Positions 1 to 8,428 are shown, counted from the first letter of the stretch. The stretch is DNA of 17,251 bases from Opitutales bacterium (GCA_049598495.1 JBMYNR010000035.1:1-17251); one strand, 5' to 3'. Numbers and translations are program-made. Notes: generated by a model not told the origin, from the sequence alone.

Positions 1-183
1 ACTCCAACAACGCTCCACGTGCTCTTAGCGTTGGAGTGCGCCCTTGTCCCCAATCTTTGGTGTAGACCCTCTCTAGACCCCCGCTTGCGCGGGCGTAGTT
101 CCACAACGTTGGTGGAGTCCGGCTACTCTTCGATACGCCGGGACGGGTTTCGTAGCTGGAACAAGTTCCAGACGAAGCCCCGT
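1..183. repeat. Cluster of short palindromes / REP-like hairpins
   Basis: Stems at 1-8/30-37 (actccaac/gttggagt), 80-93 (cccgc-ttgc-gcggg) and 95-126 (gtag..tccac-aacgttg-gtgga..ctac). At 143-183 an outer stem encloses GTAG + ctggaac-aa-gttccag (152-171). Confidence 0.55.
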
Positions 184-200
184 GGTCGAGGAGGGACTTG
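182..200 (-). repeat. 19-bp direct repeat of the tRNA-Leu 3' end (att-like)
   Basis: gtggtcgaggagggacttg occurs identically at 182-200 and 334-352, covering the T-loop through the discriminator and first C of CCA. Confidence 0.85.
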
Positions 201-297
201 TTCCGAGGGAGTGAAGCGACCGACAAGACCGGGCGCGAAGCGAACCGGAACACCCTTAGGGTGAAAGTCCCCGAAACATCCAAATACAAGTGCCCAC

Positions 298-325
298 AAA
301 AAAGCCGAGACAACTTGCCTCGGCT
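298..325 (-). terminator. Intrinsic terminator of the tRNA-Leu gene
   Basis: On the - strand, AGCCGAGGCAA-G-TTGTCTCGGCT is followed by a T-run; the stem starts 7 nt after the tRNA CCA. Confidence 0.8.
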
Positions 326-331
326 AAAAAG

Positions 332-416
332 TGGTGGTCGAGGAGGGACTTGAACCCTCACGCCTTGCGGCACATGACCCTTAATCATGCGTGTCTGCCA
401 ATTCCACCACTCGACC
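332..416 (-). tRNA. tRNA-Leu, anticodon AAG (85 nt, encoded CCA)
   Basis: Reverse complement is GGTCGAGTGGTGGAATTGGCAGACACGCATGA-TTAAGGG-TCATGTGCCGCAAGGCGTGAGGGTTCAAGTCCCTCCTCGACC-A-CCA. It has a 7-bp acceptor stem, Leu-type D-loop, anticodon stem CATGA/TCATG, long variable arm, GTTCAAGTC T-loop and discriminator A73. Confidence 0.95.
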
Positions 417-624
417 GATGGACTGTGATTTCTCCCAGGGAAGACGAAGGTGATAGGTAGCTTTTTTCCGAGATCAACAATAATTTCAAAAAAAATGATC
501 CAACCATTAAAAAAGGTTCTACTCATGCTTGTCTCGCGGACACAAATCCCCTACACCAACACTTCATCCACTAACTCATCTCACGTGCCGGCCTGATACG
601 TCGTCGCGTTTATCCCTTACAGTC

Positions 625-2412
625 ATGGCTGAAGAAGCAGCAAATAAGCTACCCGAGGACGCGAAAAAAGCGCTCGATCTGAATTCACTTTCCGGATTGG
701 ACTTTGGTCCAAATTGGGCCGACCCAAACGCAAAACCGGCGCGCCAGAAAAGCTATGACTCACATAGGGGAGAGAGGCGTGGACCGAAGCGTTCGGGCGC
801 AGGAAGCTCGCGGGATAGACGATCCGGAGGCCGACCCAAACGGCGCACTGAGAGCTCAACAGATCGACGTGATTCCGACAATCCACGGTCTCATCGGAGT
901 GACCGCCAAAATCGTCGCCCGATGCCCTACCTTGAATCCACAGTTAAAGTCGATCTTTATCCCCAGGACGAAGCTTTTGATGCATTAATCAAGCGGCTTC
1001 GTTCCAGCGCACGCACCTATCAACTATTCGACATTGCTCAATTGTTGCTCGAGAAACCCGATCGCTTTGTCGTGGTTGTGTCTCCGAAAATCAAGAAGAA
1101 CGACGATGGATCCGAGGCACCCAAGCTCTACTACTCCGTGCCCGGCCACCTACCGTTTGAGACAGAGGAAGAAGCGGTCAATCATGTGATGACAAATCAC
1201 CTTGATCTGTTCTTTGACATCGAAGAAATCGAGGTTGAAGCACCGAAGGGCAACTTCCCCATAGTGAATCGCTGCACAATAACCGGGGAGCTACTTGGGC
1301 CACCCAACTATCACCGCTATCAGGAGTTTCTTCAGCAGCACTATGCCTCTCGTATCACAGGCATGTCGTTTGAGCGCTTCACCTCTAAAATTGAAGGGGT
1401 GAAAGAACAGGAGCAAATCGATGCCTGGCTGGAGTCGATGAAGAAAGGTGCCCGTTACACGGTCAAGGACCGTCAGGAAGGTGAAACCGAATCACTAGAG
1501 ACACTGGAAGCCGTCCGCATCTTTCTCTTGCAGCACCGGAAAGATAGAGTCGTTGGATTCGGCGAGAGCATCCGATTTGCGGGCCGCGACCTTGAAAGAC
1601 TGCCGAAGGGCAATATCCGCCGTTCGGTGGAAGCCTACGTCGAGAACCAGAAGCACTTCCCGCTCGATTCCGCAAACAACATACGTGGGCGCCTACGCCG
1701 GCACAAGTTCGCTGTCTATAAGAAGGGCTCGAAAGGCGCGTCCTTTGTCTGTGCTGTGAAGCGCAAGTTCCGTGATGCCAACACTGTATTTACCGACTCG
1801 ATTCGAGATTTAATCGAGTTTGTTGAGAAACACCCGGATATGCCAGCGAGCAAGCTGCCGAAGGAATATATTGGTATTGATACCGAAAAGCAAAAGCCTG
1901 AGACACTCGAGATGACCGAGGCCGAGGTCGAAGCAGCCGCTCAAGCAAAAGCCGCTGAGGCCACTCAAGCCGATGAGGAAAGCAAAGTCTCCGACGAAGG
2001 GGCGCCCATAACTCAAGACGCCAAGGCCTCGACCGAAGCGACCCCCATGGCCAAGCTCAGCGAAGACGAACAAAAGAAACTCAATCAGCTCATGCTCGAT
2101 CTGCGCTGGCTGATCACGGAGGGCTACGTCACTGAATATGGAGACGGCAAACTATACGCGCCTCCGCCTATGCCCGAGCCTAAGAAAGTGGACGAAATCA
2201 ATGTAGCGCAAGACGCGGTCGCAATGGAGACCATGGCGCCCGAAGAGGCCGCCTCTTCGGAAGCCGATACCATCATTGAAGAGTTTATCGTAGAGGCTCA
2301 GTCAGATGCGCCTAAAATAAAAACATCTGAGACAAAAGAGCCTCCATCCGAAACGTGCGAAAAATCAGAGATAACTGAAGCGAACTCTTCTGAAGGGGAT
2401 CCCGCAAGATAG
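625..2412 (+). CDS. Hypothetical protein (~595 aa): Arg-rich disordered N-terminus, globular core, acidic tail
   Basis: Long ORF with coding-like composition. ATG at 625 (MAEEAANK) is preferred over the TTG at 529. The core contains CTITGELLGPPNYHRY. No family recognised with certainty. Confidence 0.85.
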   Translation: MAEEAANKLPEDAKKALDLNSLSGLDFGPNWADPNAKPARQKSYDSHRGERRGPKRSGAGSSRDRRSGGRPKRRTESSTDRRDSDNPRSHRSDRQNRRPMPYLESTVKVDLYPQDEAFDALIKRLRSSARTYQLFDIAQLLLEKPDRFVVVVSPKIKKNDDGSEAPKLYYSVPGHLPFETEEEAVNHVMTNHLDLFFDIEEIEVEAPKGNFPIVNRCTITGELLGPPNYHRYQEFLQQHYASRITGMSFERFTSKIEGVKEQEQIDAWLESMKKGARYTVKDRQEGETESLETLEAVRIFLLQHRKDRVVGFGESIRFAGRDLERLPKGNIRRSVEAYVENQKHFPLDSANNIRGRLRRHKFAVYKKGSKGASFVCAVKRKFRDANTVFTDSIRDLIEFVEKHPDMPASKLPKEYIGIDTEKQKPETLEMTEAEVEAAAQAKAAEATQADEESKVSDEGAPITQDAKASTEATPMAKLSEDEQKKLNQLMLDLRWLITEGYVTEYGDGKLYAPPPMPEPKKVDEINVAQDAVAMETMAPEEAASSEADTIIEEFIVEAQSDAPKIKTSETKEPPSETCEKSEITEANSSEGDPAR

Positions 2413-2426
2413 TTTAGCGCTTCGCC

Positions 2427-3356
2427 CTATTTCACGCCGCTGGCCAAAACCGTTTGAAAACGTGGCTCCTCGTCTTCCTCGGCGACGATGTTGACCTCAA
2501 TTTTTCGAAAACCAGCCGCCTTCAGATATTGGTAAAGCGCATTCTCGGAGAATCCGAGCCAAACATCCGCGTAGAGTTCGCGGGCTTTTTCGAACGGGTG
2601 CTCCAATAGATCGATAATGATCAATTCACCGCCCGGCTTGAGAATTCGATAGGCCTCTTCAACTGCTTTATCAGGATGCTGCGCGTGATGGAGGGCCTGA
2701 CTCAGTAGAGCCAAGTCCACACTCTTGCTCTTCAATGGCACATCCTCAATATCACCGAGCTGATACTCAAGATTGGTGAAGCCATTTTTCTCTGCCAACT
2801 CTCGGCCGAATTCAACCATCTTGGGGGAATTATCCACGCAAGTCACCTGCTCGGCTCGCCGCGCAAGCAACTGTGAGATCAAGCCCTCGCCCGCACCAAG
2901 GTCCGCAATTTTAATTTTAGGTGTCAGGTGTAGGAGAAAATGCCCGATCGCTTCCCAACTCCGCCCCGGGCAGTAGTTCTTACTAAGCCGCCCCGCAACC
3001 GAATTAAAATATTGCTCCGAGCGTTGCTTCCGTTTCTCCAAAATCCGTTTCAGATTCGCCTGATCAGTGACGATTTGATCCGATTTTTCCACCGAGGCAC
3101 AGGCTGCACGCATCAACTCGGCACCCTGCGCGTCAAAGCTAGGGTTGATTGCATAAAAAGTCTTTTTTCCCTCGCGTCGGTCCAGAACCAACTCCCCCTG
3201 ACGCAGCAGTCCGAGATGGGAGGATATCCGTGACTGCCCCATATCCAAGACCTCCTGCAACTCTGCAACAGAAAGCTCCTCATGATTCAGAAGAAACAAA
3301 ATTCGCACACGAGTCGAGTCCGCCAGTAGTTTTAAGGTCTCCCATGAATCTGCCAT
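2427..3356 (-). CDS. ArsR-family HTH fused to a class I SAM-dependent methyltransferase domain (SahR-like regulator)
   Basis: N-terminal LADSTRVRIL..ELSVAELQEVLDMGQSRISSHLGLLR is an ArsR/SmtB wHTH. The C-terminal part has the IADLGAGEG SAM motif I, VDNS, ALHH and LKPGG. Probable start is the ATG at 3356 (MADSW), not 3446. Confidence 0.9.
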   Translation of the reverse strand: MADSWETLKLLADSTRVRILFLLNHEELSVAELQEVLDMGQSRISSHLGLLRQGELVLDRREGKKTFYAINPSFDAQGAELMRAACASVEKSDQIVTDQANLKRILEKRKQRSEQYFNSVAGRLSKNYCPGRSWEAIGHFLLHLTPKIKIADLGAGEGLISQLLARRAEQVTCVDNSPKMVEFGRELAEKNGFTNLEYQLGDIEDVPLKSKSVDLALLSQALHHAQHPDKAVEEAYRILKPGGELIIIDLLEHPFEKARELYADVWLGFSENALYQYLKAAGFRKIEVNIVAEEDEEPRFQTVLASGVK

Positions 3357-3556
3357 AACCAGAGTTTCATGCGATTCCCCTACCACTGGCAAGCTAGCTT
3401 TTCGCAACCAAGTTTCCGAGTTCCTGAACTGCCGTGGCGGAGCCATTCTCGAGTATCAAATACTTGGCGACACACGAAAGTCATAAAACACGAGGACCGC
3501 ACATTTTCAATTTGCGCCACACTGCAGGCAGGATTTCCATTACCTAAACCAACCTA

Positions 3557-4888
3557 ATGAAGCGAACCTGTATCATCGGCTCGGGGATCACCGCACTGGC
3601 ACGCGCCTGGCACCTAAAGCAAAGTGGCGGCCAATGCCTTGTCCTCGAAAGCTCGGACCGAATTGGGGGTGCCATTCAGAGCTTCCGCGAGGGCGACTAT
3701 CTCGCCGAGGAGGGCCCCAATTCCATTCAGGTAAACAGCTCTGAGGTCGACGCCTTTCTCAAATCGATTCCCGGACTTACATCTAAGGAGATCAGGGCCT
3801 CCGATAAGGCGAACAAACGCTACATTGTCCGCAACAGTCGATTACACGCCGTCCCCACAGGTCCCCTCTCGGCAATCACCACGCCACTCTGGTCGCTTTG
3901 CGGGAAGCTCAGAGTCCTGAAGGAGCCCTTTATATCGAAGGTCGATGCAGGTGTTGAAGAAAGCGCGGCCGATTTTGTCCGTCGGCGGCTTGGCGATGAG
4001 ATCTACAAATACGCAATCAATCCGCTGATCGGCGGCATCTACGCGGGCAAACCCGAGACGCTCTCGCTGCGCTATGCCTTCCCGAAGCTCTATGCCCTCG
4101 AGCAGAACCACGGAGGCCTGATCCGTGGGGCGGTCGCCATGATGCGAACAGCCCGTAAAAACCCGAAACCTCGGTTTGAAAAACGTATCATCTCCTTCGA
4201 ACAAGGCTTGCACGAACTACCCGACCATCTAGCCAAGTCGCTCGGTGAATCCGTGCAAACAAACGTGTCCATTGAGTCCATACAATCCGATGGGAACGAA
4301 TGGATTGTTCGTTGGAACGGGGAAGCACACAGCTATGACGAGGTCGTCCTGACTGGGCCGAGCCATACACTTTCCAATCTCCCGCTGGAAGACCAGCTAA
4401 AGGATAGCCTACGCCCTCTGGAGCAGATTGACTACCCACCCGTCTCCGTGCTCAGCCTTGCCTACAAACGTGAGGATGTGGCGCATCCTTTGGACGGATT
4501 TGGAGCTCTTGTGCCGGAATGCGAGGGGCGAAACATCCTCGGAATACTGTTTCCTTCAAGCATCTTCCCGGGACGGGCACCAGAGGGCGAAGTTCTGCTG
4601 ACGATATTCATCGGAGGAGGACGACAGCCGAAACTGGCAGTACCTGAGATGAAACACGTCCGAGAAACCGCGATCGCCGAGGTCAACTCCCTACTCGGCA
4701 TCAGCGGTGCGCCCACCTTCTGCCACCACCGACACTGGCCCAAAGCCATACCGCAGTATAAACTCGGTTATGGGGAAATTCTCGATCAGATTGAGAGCAT
4801 CGAGAATCAATTTCCCGGCCTGCGGGTGAAAGGCAACTATCGGGACGGCATTTCGCTCAGCGACTGTATCAAGGCCGGGTTAAGCTAG
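3557..4888 (+). CDS. hemY: HemY-type proto/coproporphyrinogen oxidase (FAD-dependent)
   Basis: IIGSGITALA FAD motif, EEGPNS, GIYAG, DGFGALVP, AIPQY and GNYRDGISLSDCI are typical of HemY (often annotated HemG). Confidence 0.9.
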   Translation: MKRTCIIGSGITALARAWHLKQSGGQCLVLESSDRIGGAIQSFREGDYLAEEGPNSIQVNSSEVDAFLKSIPGLTSKEIRASDKANKRYIVRNSRLHAVPTGPLSAITTPLWSLCGKLRVLKEPFISKVDAGVEESAADFVRRRLGDEIYKYAINPLIGGIYAGKPETLSLRYAFPKLYALEQNHGGLIRGAVAMMRTARKNPKPRFEKRIISFEQGLHELPDHLAKSLGESVQTNVSIESIQSDGNEWIVRWNGEAHSYDEVVLTGPSHTLSNLPLEDQLKDSLRPLEQIDYPPVSVLSLAYKREDVAHPLDGFGALVPECEGRNILGILFPSSIFPGRAPEGEVLLTIFIGGGRQPKLAVPEMKHVRETAIAEVNSLLGISGAPTFCHHRHWPKAIPQYKLGYGEILDQIESIENQFPGLRVKGNYRDGISLSDCIKAGLS

Positions 4889-4898
4889 ATCACAAAAA

Positions 4899-5165
4899 GT
4901 TCATCGCCAAAGCCGGGGGAGGGATCTTTTCTTTTTAGCAACCAGCGGCCTTAGTTAGAGCGCACTGCATTTCCTTAGAACTTCTGGTGAGAGCCGTTTC
5001 GAGAGCCGCGCAAGGCGTCCAGCCAGGCGTGCACCGAGGTGCATCACTGGCTGGACAAGGCCGCGACCTCTTGACTCGGCCTAGCTCGGCGAGCAAAGAC
5101 GGGGGTCGATGTCAGGCCGACGACCACAATGCACTCCGGTCCATCCCCGAAAAATAACGATGAAC
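4899..5165. mobile_element. MITE-like insertion, 267 bp, with terminal inverted repeats and an 8-bp target duplication
   Basis: Ends gttcatcg (4899-4906) and cgatgaac (5158-5165) are a perfect inverted repeat, extending imperfectly to 28 bp. Flanked directly by cacaaaaa at 4891-4898 and 5166-5173. No ORF inside. Confidence 0.6.
4956..5071. repeat. Dispersed structured repeat, copy 1
   Basis: 4975-5071 matches 9781-9877 at 92/97 positions without gaps, with weaker similarity from tagagc at 4956/9762. Internal stems are gtccagccag/ctggctggac and tgcacc/ggtgca. Confidence 0.9.
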
Positions 5166-5168
5166 CAC

Positions 5169-5201
5169 AAAAAAGCCCCGCGTTCAATCGACCGCGAGGC
5201 T
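5169..5201 (-). terminator. Intrinsic terminator downstream of the Cys-rich gene
   Basis: - strand AGCCTCGCG-loop-CGCGGGGCT followed by a T-run. Confidence 0.7.
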
Positions 5202-5224
5202 ATTAAATGGATTATCTGCTCAGC

Positions 5225-5527
5225 TTAGTGACCGGGGCAGCAAGCCATCTTCGGCTTGGGAATATCGGCACTAGCCGCGGCTTTCTCTCCACCACATTCG
5301 CCACAGCATGACTTTTCCTTGTCGCAGCTGCTTTTCTCCTGGCAAGAGGACTTTTTCTTTCCGCAGCTGGTATTCTCCTGACAGGAGGATTTTTCAGAAC
5401 AACAGCCATCGCCTCCGGAACAGCAGGATTCTTCGGCTGCCACTTCGCCAGCACCACAACCGCCACAGTGGGCGTGCGCTGTCAAGGTAGCTACAAGTAA
5501 GAGGATTGGTAGTAATAGTATTTTCAT
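5225..5527 (-). CDS. Secreted cysteine-rich small protein (metallothionein-like), 100 aa
   Basis: MKILLLPILLLVATLTAHA is a Sec signal peptide with an AxA site. The 81-aa mature part has 15 Cys (four CC pairs, CxxC) and no aromatic residues. The gene has its own terminator. Confidence 0.8.
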   Translation of the reverse strand: MKILLLPILLLVATLTAHAHCGGCGAGEVAAEESCCSGGDGCCSEKSSCQENTSCGKKKSSCQEKSSCDKEKSCCGECGGEKAAASADIPKPKMACCPGH

Positions 5528-5594
5528 ATTTTAGTGATTCGAAGTTATTATTGAGCGTATCCCTTACTGTGTTTTCGGAACAGGACACCCCAAT

Positions 5595-5615
5595 AAGACC
5601 TAGAAAATAGGTCTT
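5595..5615. promoter_or_regulatory. Perfect palindrome between ymdB and the Cys-rich gene (candidate operator or RNA hairpin)
   Basis: aagaccta-gaaaa-taggtctt, with 8-bp arms and no U-tract after it on the - strand. Confidence 0.35.
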
Positions 5616-6406
5616 TATTCCCTGGTTTTTGCAAGCTCTACCCGCTGAATATGCTTGCAAAGCCCTTGGCGAAGGTCGGCTTCAATAAGGCAGCCGGAGA
5701 TGCGTAAATCCTCCTGCGCCACAGGAAAGCGACGTTTCATTCCGTCTAGAAAGGTCGCAACCACCTGCTCCACATCGCGTCCGAGCACTGAGGCGTAGGG
5801 CCCGCACATACCTGCATCACTTAAATAGGCAGTTCCTTTAGGCAAGACCCGTCCGTCCGCGGTAGGGATATGGGTATGGGTGCCCACCACAGCGGCCACA
5901 CGACCATCCAAATACCACCCCAGTGCCATCTTCTCCGATGTCGCTTCCATGTGCGCTTCCACGAAGACTGCATCGCATTCAGATTCTAGCTCAACCAGCT
6001 TGGCATCGGCACCTTTAAAGGGACAGGAGGACTTCATTGCGAGGTAGTTTCGCCCCAGAACCGTAAAGACCCCAAGCCGAAAACCGTCCTTTTCCACCAC
6101 CACATGGGTGCGCCCCGGATTTTCCAAAGGGAGATTGGCTGGCCGACAAACCCGCTCCAGCTCGACGATCTCGTTTTCAAAGTTCTTTTGATCCCAAACA
6201 TGGTCTCCCAGTGTGATCGCATCCACGCCGGCAGCGAGTAGCTCTTGGGCAATTTTTTTGGTAATTCCGGCACCACCCGCCGAATTCTCGCCGTTGGCGA
6301 TCACAATATCGGCGCCCAACTCATCCTTCAGGGAGCTAAGGCGCTCCACCACGAACTGGCGTCCGGGACGCCCGACGATGTCACCCAAAAATAGAATCTT
6401 CGACAT
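5615..6406 (-). CDS. ymdB: YmdB-family metallophosphoesterase
   Basis: [50 protein letters not shown] motifs. Confidence 0.92.
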   Translation of the reverse strand: MSKILFLGDIVGRPGRQFVVERLSSLKDELGADIVIANGENSAGGAGITKKIAQELLAAGVDAITLGDHVWDQKNFENEIVELERVCRPANLPLENPGRTHVVVEKDGFRLGVFTVLGRNYLAMKSSCPFKGADAKLVELESECDAVFVEAHMEATSEKMALGWYLDGRVAAVVGTHTHIPTADGRVLPKGTAYLSDAGMCGPYASVLGRDVEQVVATFLDGMKRRFPVAQEDLRISGCLIEADLRQGLCKHIQRVELAKTRE

Positions 6407-6584
6407 AGCGACTACTAAATGAGACTTACTGGCCCGGCGCGCAAGCTATGAAACGCGCATTTTAGGGCCTAAAAGAAGGATGCTTCCGAGCTTGATTCGG
6501 AGCCAGTTTGCTGTCTTTTTCCTAGCCCTTTGGTTCGGGCGCTGTGCCCAAACCGCCTACTGAAAACGCAAAACACCACATACA

Positions 6585-8369
6585 ATGAAAACCGATAAAG
6601 CAATCGACTTCCCTAAGCAGGACGAAATTGGCCCCGAAATGAAGGGTGCGGATGTCCTGGTCGCCTCTCTTGAGCGCGAGGATGTGGATGTGGTGTATGC
6701 CTACCCAGGCGGCGCATCGATGGAGCTCCACCAGGCCCTTACCAAGAGTAAAAAGATCCGCACGATTCTCCCACGCTTTGAGCAAGGCGGCGGCTTTATG
6801 GCGCATGGCCACGCACGCGCCACAGGCAAGGCCAGTGTCTGCATGGCAACCTCGGGACCGGGTGCAACGAATCTCGTGACTTGTATCGCAGATGCCTTCA
6901 TGGACAGCATCCCACTCGTCTGCATTACCGGACAAGTTTATCAGCAGTTTATCGGTAAGGCTGCGTTCCAAGAAACCGACTTTTACGGGATGACGCTTCC
7001 AATCGTGAAGCACAGCTACCTCGTTCTCGATAAAGAGGACCTTCCACGCGTCGTTAAGGAAGCTTTCCACATTGCACAAACAGGCCGTCCCGGCCCTGTC
7101 GTGATCGATATTCCTAAAGATGTACAACAAGCCATCTACGCGCCGACCTTCCCTGCTGAAATCGATATCCCCGGATATAAGATCAATTCGACCAAACCCG
7201 AAGCGAAGGATGAAGAACTGACTGAAGTTCTCGATCTGATCGAAGAGGCAGAACGCCCGGTCCTTTATATCGGTGGCGGCATCATCTCCGCCGAAGCACA
7301 TTTGGAGCTCCGCGAATTCGCGGAACTCACGGGCCTCCCGGTCGCTTCGACTCTTATGGGCTTGGGTGCCTTTGACTCCGAACACCCCCAGTCGCTTTAC
7401 TGGTTCGGTATGCACGGCACGGTGGCCGGCAACTGGGCCGTCTGTGACTCCGATCTATTGATCTGCGCCGGTGCCCGCTTCGACGACCGTATCACGGGTA
7501 AGGTTGAGAAATTCGCCCCTGATGCTAAGATCGTCCATATCGATATTGATGTCTCCGAACACAACAAGAACAAGCGCGTCCAATATCCGATACACTCAGA
7601 TGTAAAATACGCACTAACCCGCCTGAACGAGCTCGCCAAAAAGAGCGGGTTCAATAAACCCGACATCAGCGCCTGGAACAAGACGATCGACGGCTGGAAG
7701 AAAGAGCACCCATTTAGCTACGACAATACCGGCCACATCACCCAACAGGAAGCGATCGAGACGCTCTATGAAGTCACCAAGGGCGACGCCATCATCACAA
7801 CCGGCGTTGGCCAGCACCAGATGTGGGCGGCGCAATTCTATAAGTTCCGCGAGCCTCGCACCTACGTTAGTTCGCTTGGCCTCGGGACAATGGGTTTCGG
7901 TTTACCGGCTGCAATTGGCGCGAAGGTCGCCTTCCCCGAGAAGCTTGTCGTCAACATCGACGGAGACGGATGCTTCCTGATGAATGTTCAGGAACTGGCA
8001 ACGGCTCACATCGAGAAGATCAACGCGAAAACAATTATCCTCAACAACCAGCACCTTGGTATGGTTGTTCAGTGGGAAGACCTTATGTATGAGAGCGTTC
8101 GCGGTCAGACCATCCTCTGCGACAAGGACAATATCGGTGGCCCTGACAATGTGGAGGCGATCTACCCTGACTTCGTTAAGATCTCGGAAGGCTTCGGCGT
8201 GAAGGGGAAGCGTGTCGTTAAGCGTGAGGACCTGAAAGGCGCAATCGAAGAGATGATTGCACACGATGGACCTTATGTTCTCGAGGTCGTCGTGCCCTAT
8301 ACCGAGCACGTTCTTCCGATGATCAAACAAGGGCTTTCCGCCAAGGAAATCCTGATCAAATCGGAATAA
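6585..8369 (+). CDS. ilvB: Acetolactate synthase, large (catalytic) subunit
   Basis: [51 protein letters not shown], and the GDG..NN TPP-binding motif. Confidence 0.96.
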   Translation: MKTDKAIDFPKQDEIGPEMKGADVLVASLEREDVDVVYAYPGGASMELHQALTKSKKIRTILPRFEQGGGFMAHGHARATGKASVCMATSGPGATNLVTCIADAFMDSIPLVCITGQVYQQFIGKAAFQETDFYGMTLPIVKHSYLVLDKEDLPRVVKEAFHIAQTGRPGPVVIDIPKDVQQAIYAPTFPAEIDIPGYKINSTKPEAKDEELTEVLDLIEEAERPVLYIGGGIISAEAHLELREFAELTGLPVASTLMGLGAFDSEHPQSLYWFGMHGTVAGNWAVCDSDLLICAGARFDDRITGKVEKFAPDAKIVHIDIDVSEHNKNKRVQYPIHSDVKYALTRLNELAKKSGFNKPDISAWNKTIDGWKKEHPFSYDNTGHITQQEAIETLYEVTKGDAIITTGVGQHQMWAAQFYKFREPRTYVSSLGLGTMGFGLPAAIGAKVAFPEKLVVNIDGDGCFLMNVQELATAHIEKINAKTIILNNQHLGMVVQWEDLMYESVRGQTILCDKDNIGGPDNVEAIYPDFVKISEGFGVKGKRVVKREDLKGAIEEMIAHDGPYVLEVVVPYTEHVLPMIKQGLSAKEILIKSE

Positions 8370-8393
8370 GGCCACTGATATTTACTCTCCACA

Positions 8394-8428
8394 GCGGACT
8401 TCCTCTGGCAGGAAGTCCGCCTTTTTTT
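8394..8428 (+). terminator. Intrinsic terminator after ilvB
   Basis: Perfect 11-bp stem gcggacttcct-ctggc-aggaagtccgc followed by c and T7. Confidence 0.9.

Noticed and set aside
19..264. 81-aa ORF
   Set aside because: It runs through palindromic repeats and the tRNA duplicate, and LDPRLRG is typical of a translated repeat.
36..273. Group II intron-like words gtgcgccc (36-43) and gggtgaaagtccc (259-271)
   Set aside because: They are ~220 nt apart, with no domain V or RT ORF visible; the second word is explained by pairing with gggactt at 193-199.
529..624. N-terminal extensions given by the ORF track (529, also 3446 and 10666)
   Set aside because: The extensions look non-coding; the probable proteins begin at 625, 3356 and 10756.
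3452..3473. Possible SahR operator gtatc-N11-gacac
   Set aside because: The symmetry is too weak to distinguish from chance.
6522..7415. Long antisense ORFs (297 aa here; also 12319-12966, 13269-13805, 15047-15670)
   Set aside because: They are shadow frames opposite well-supported genes and show no recognisable motifs.
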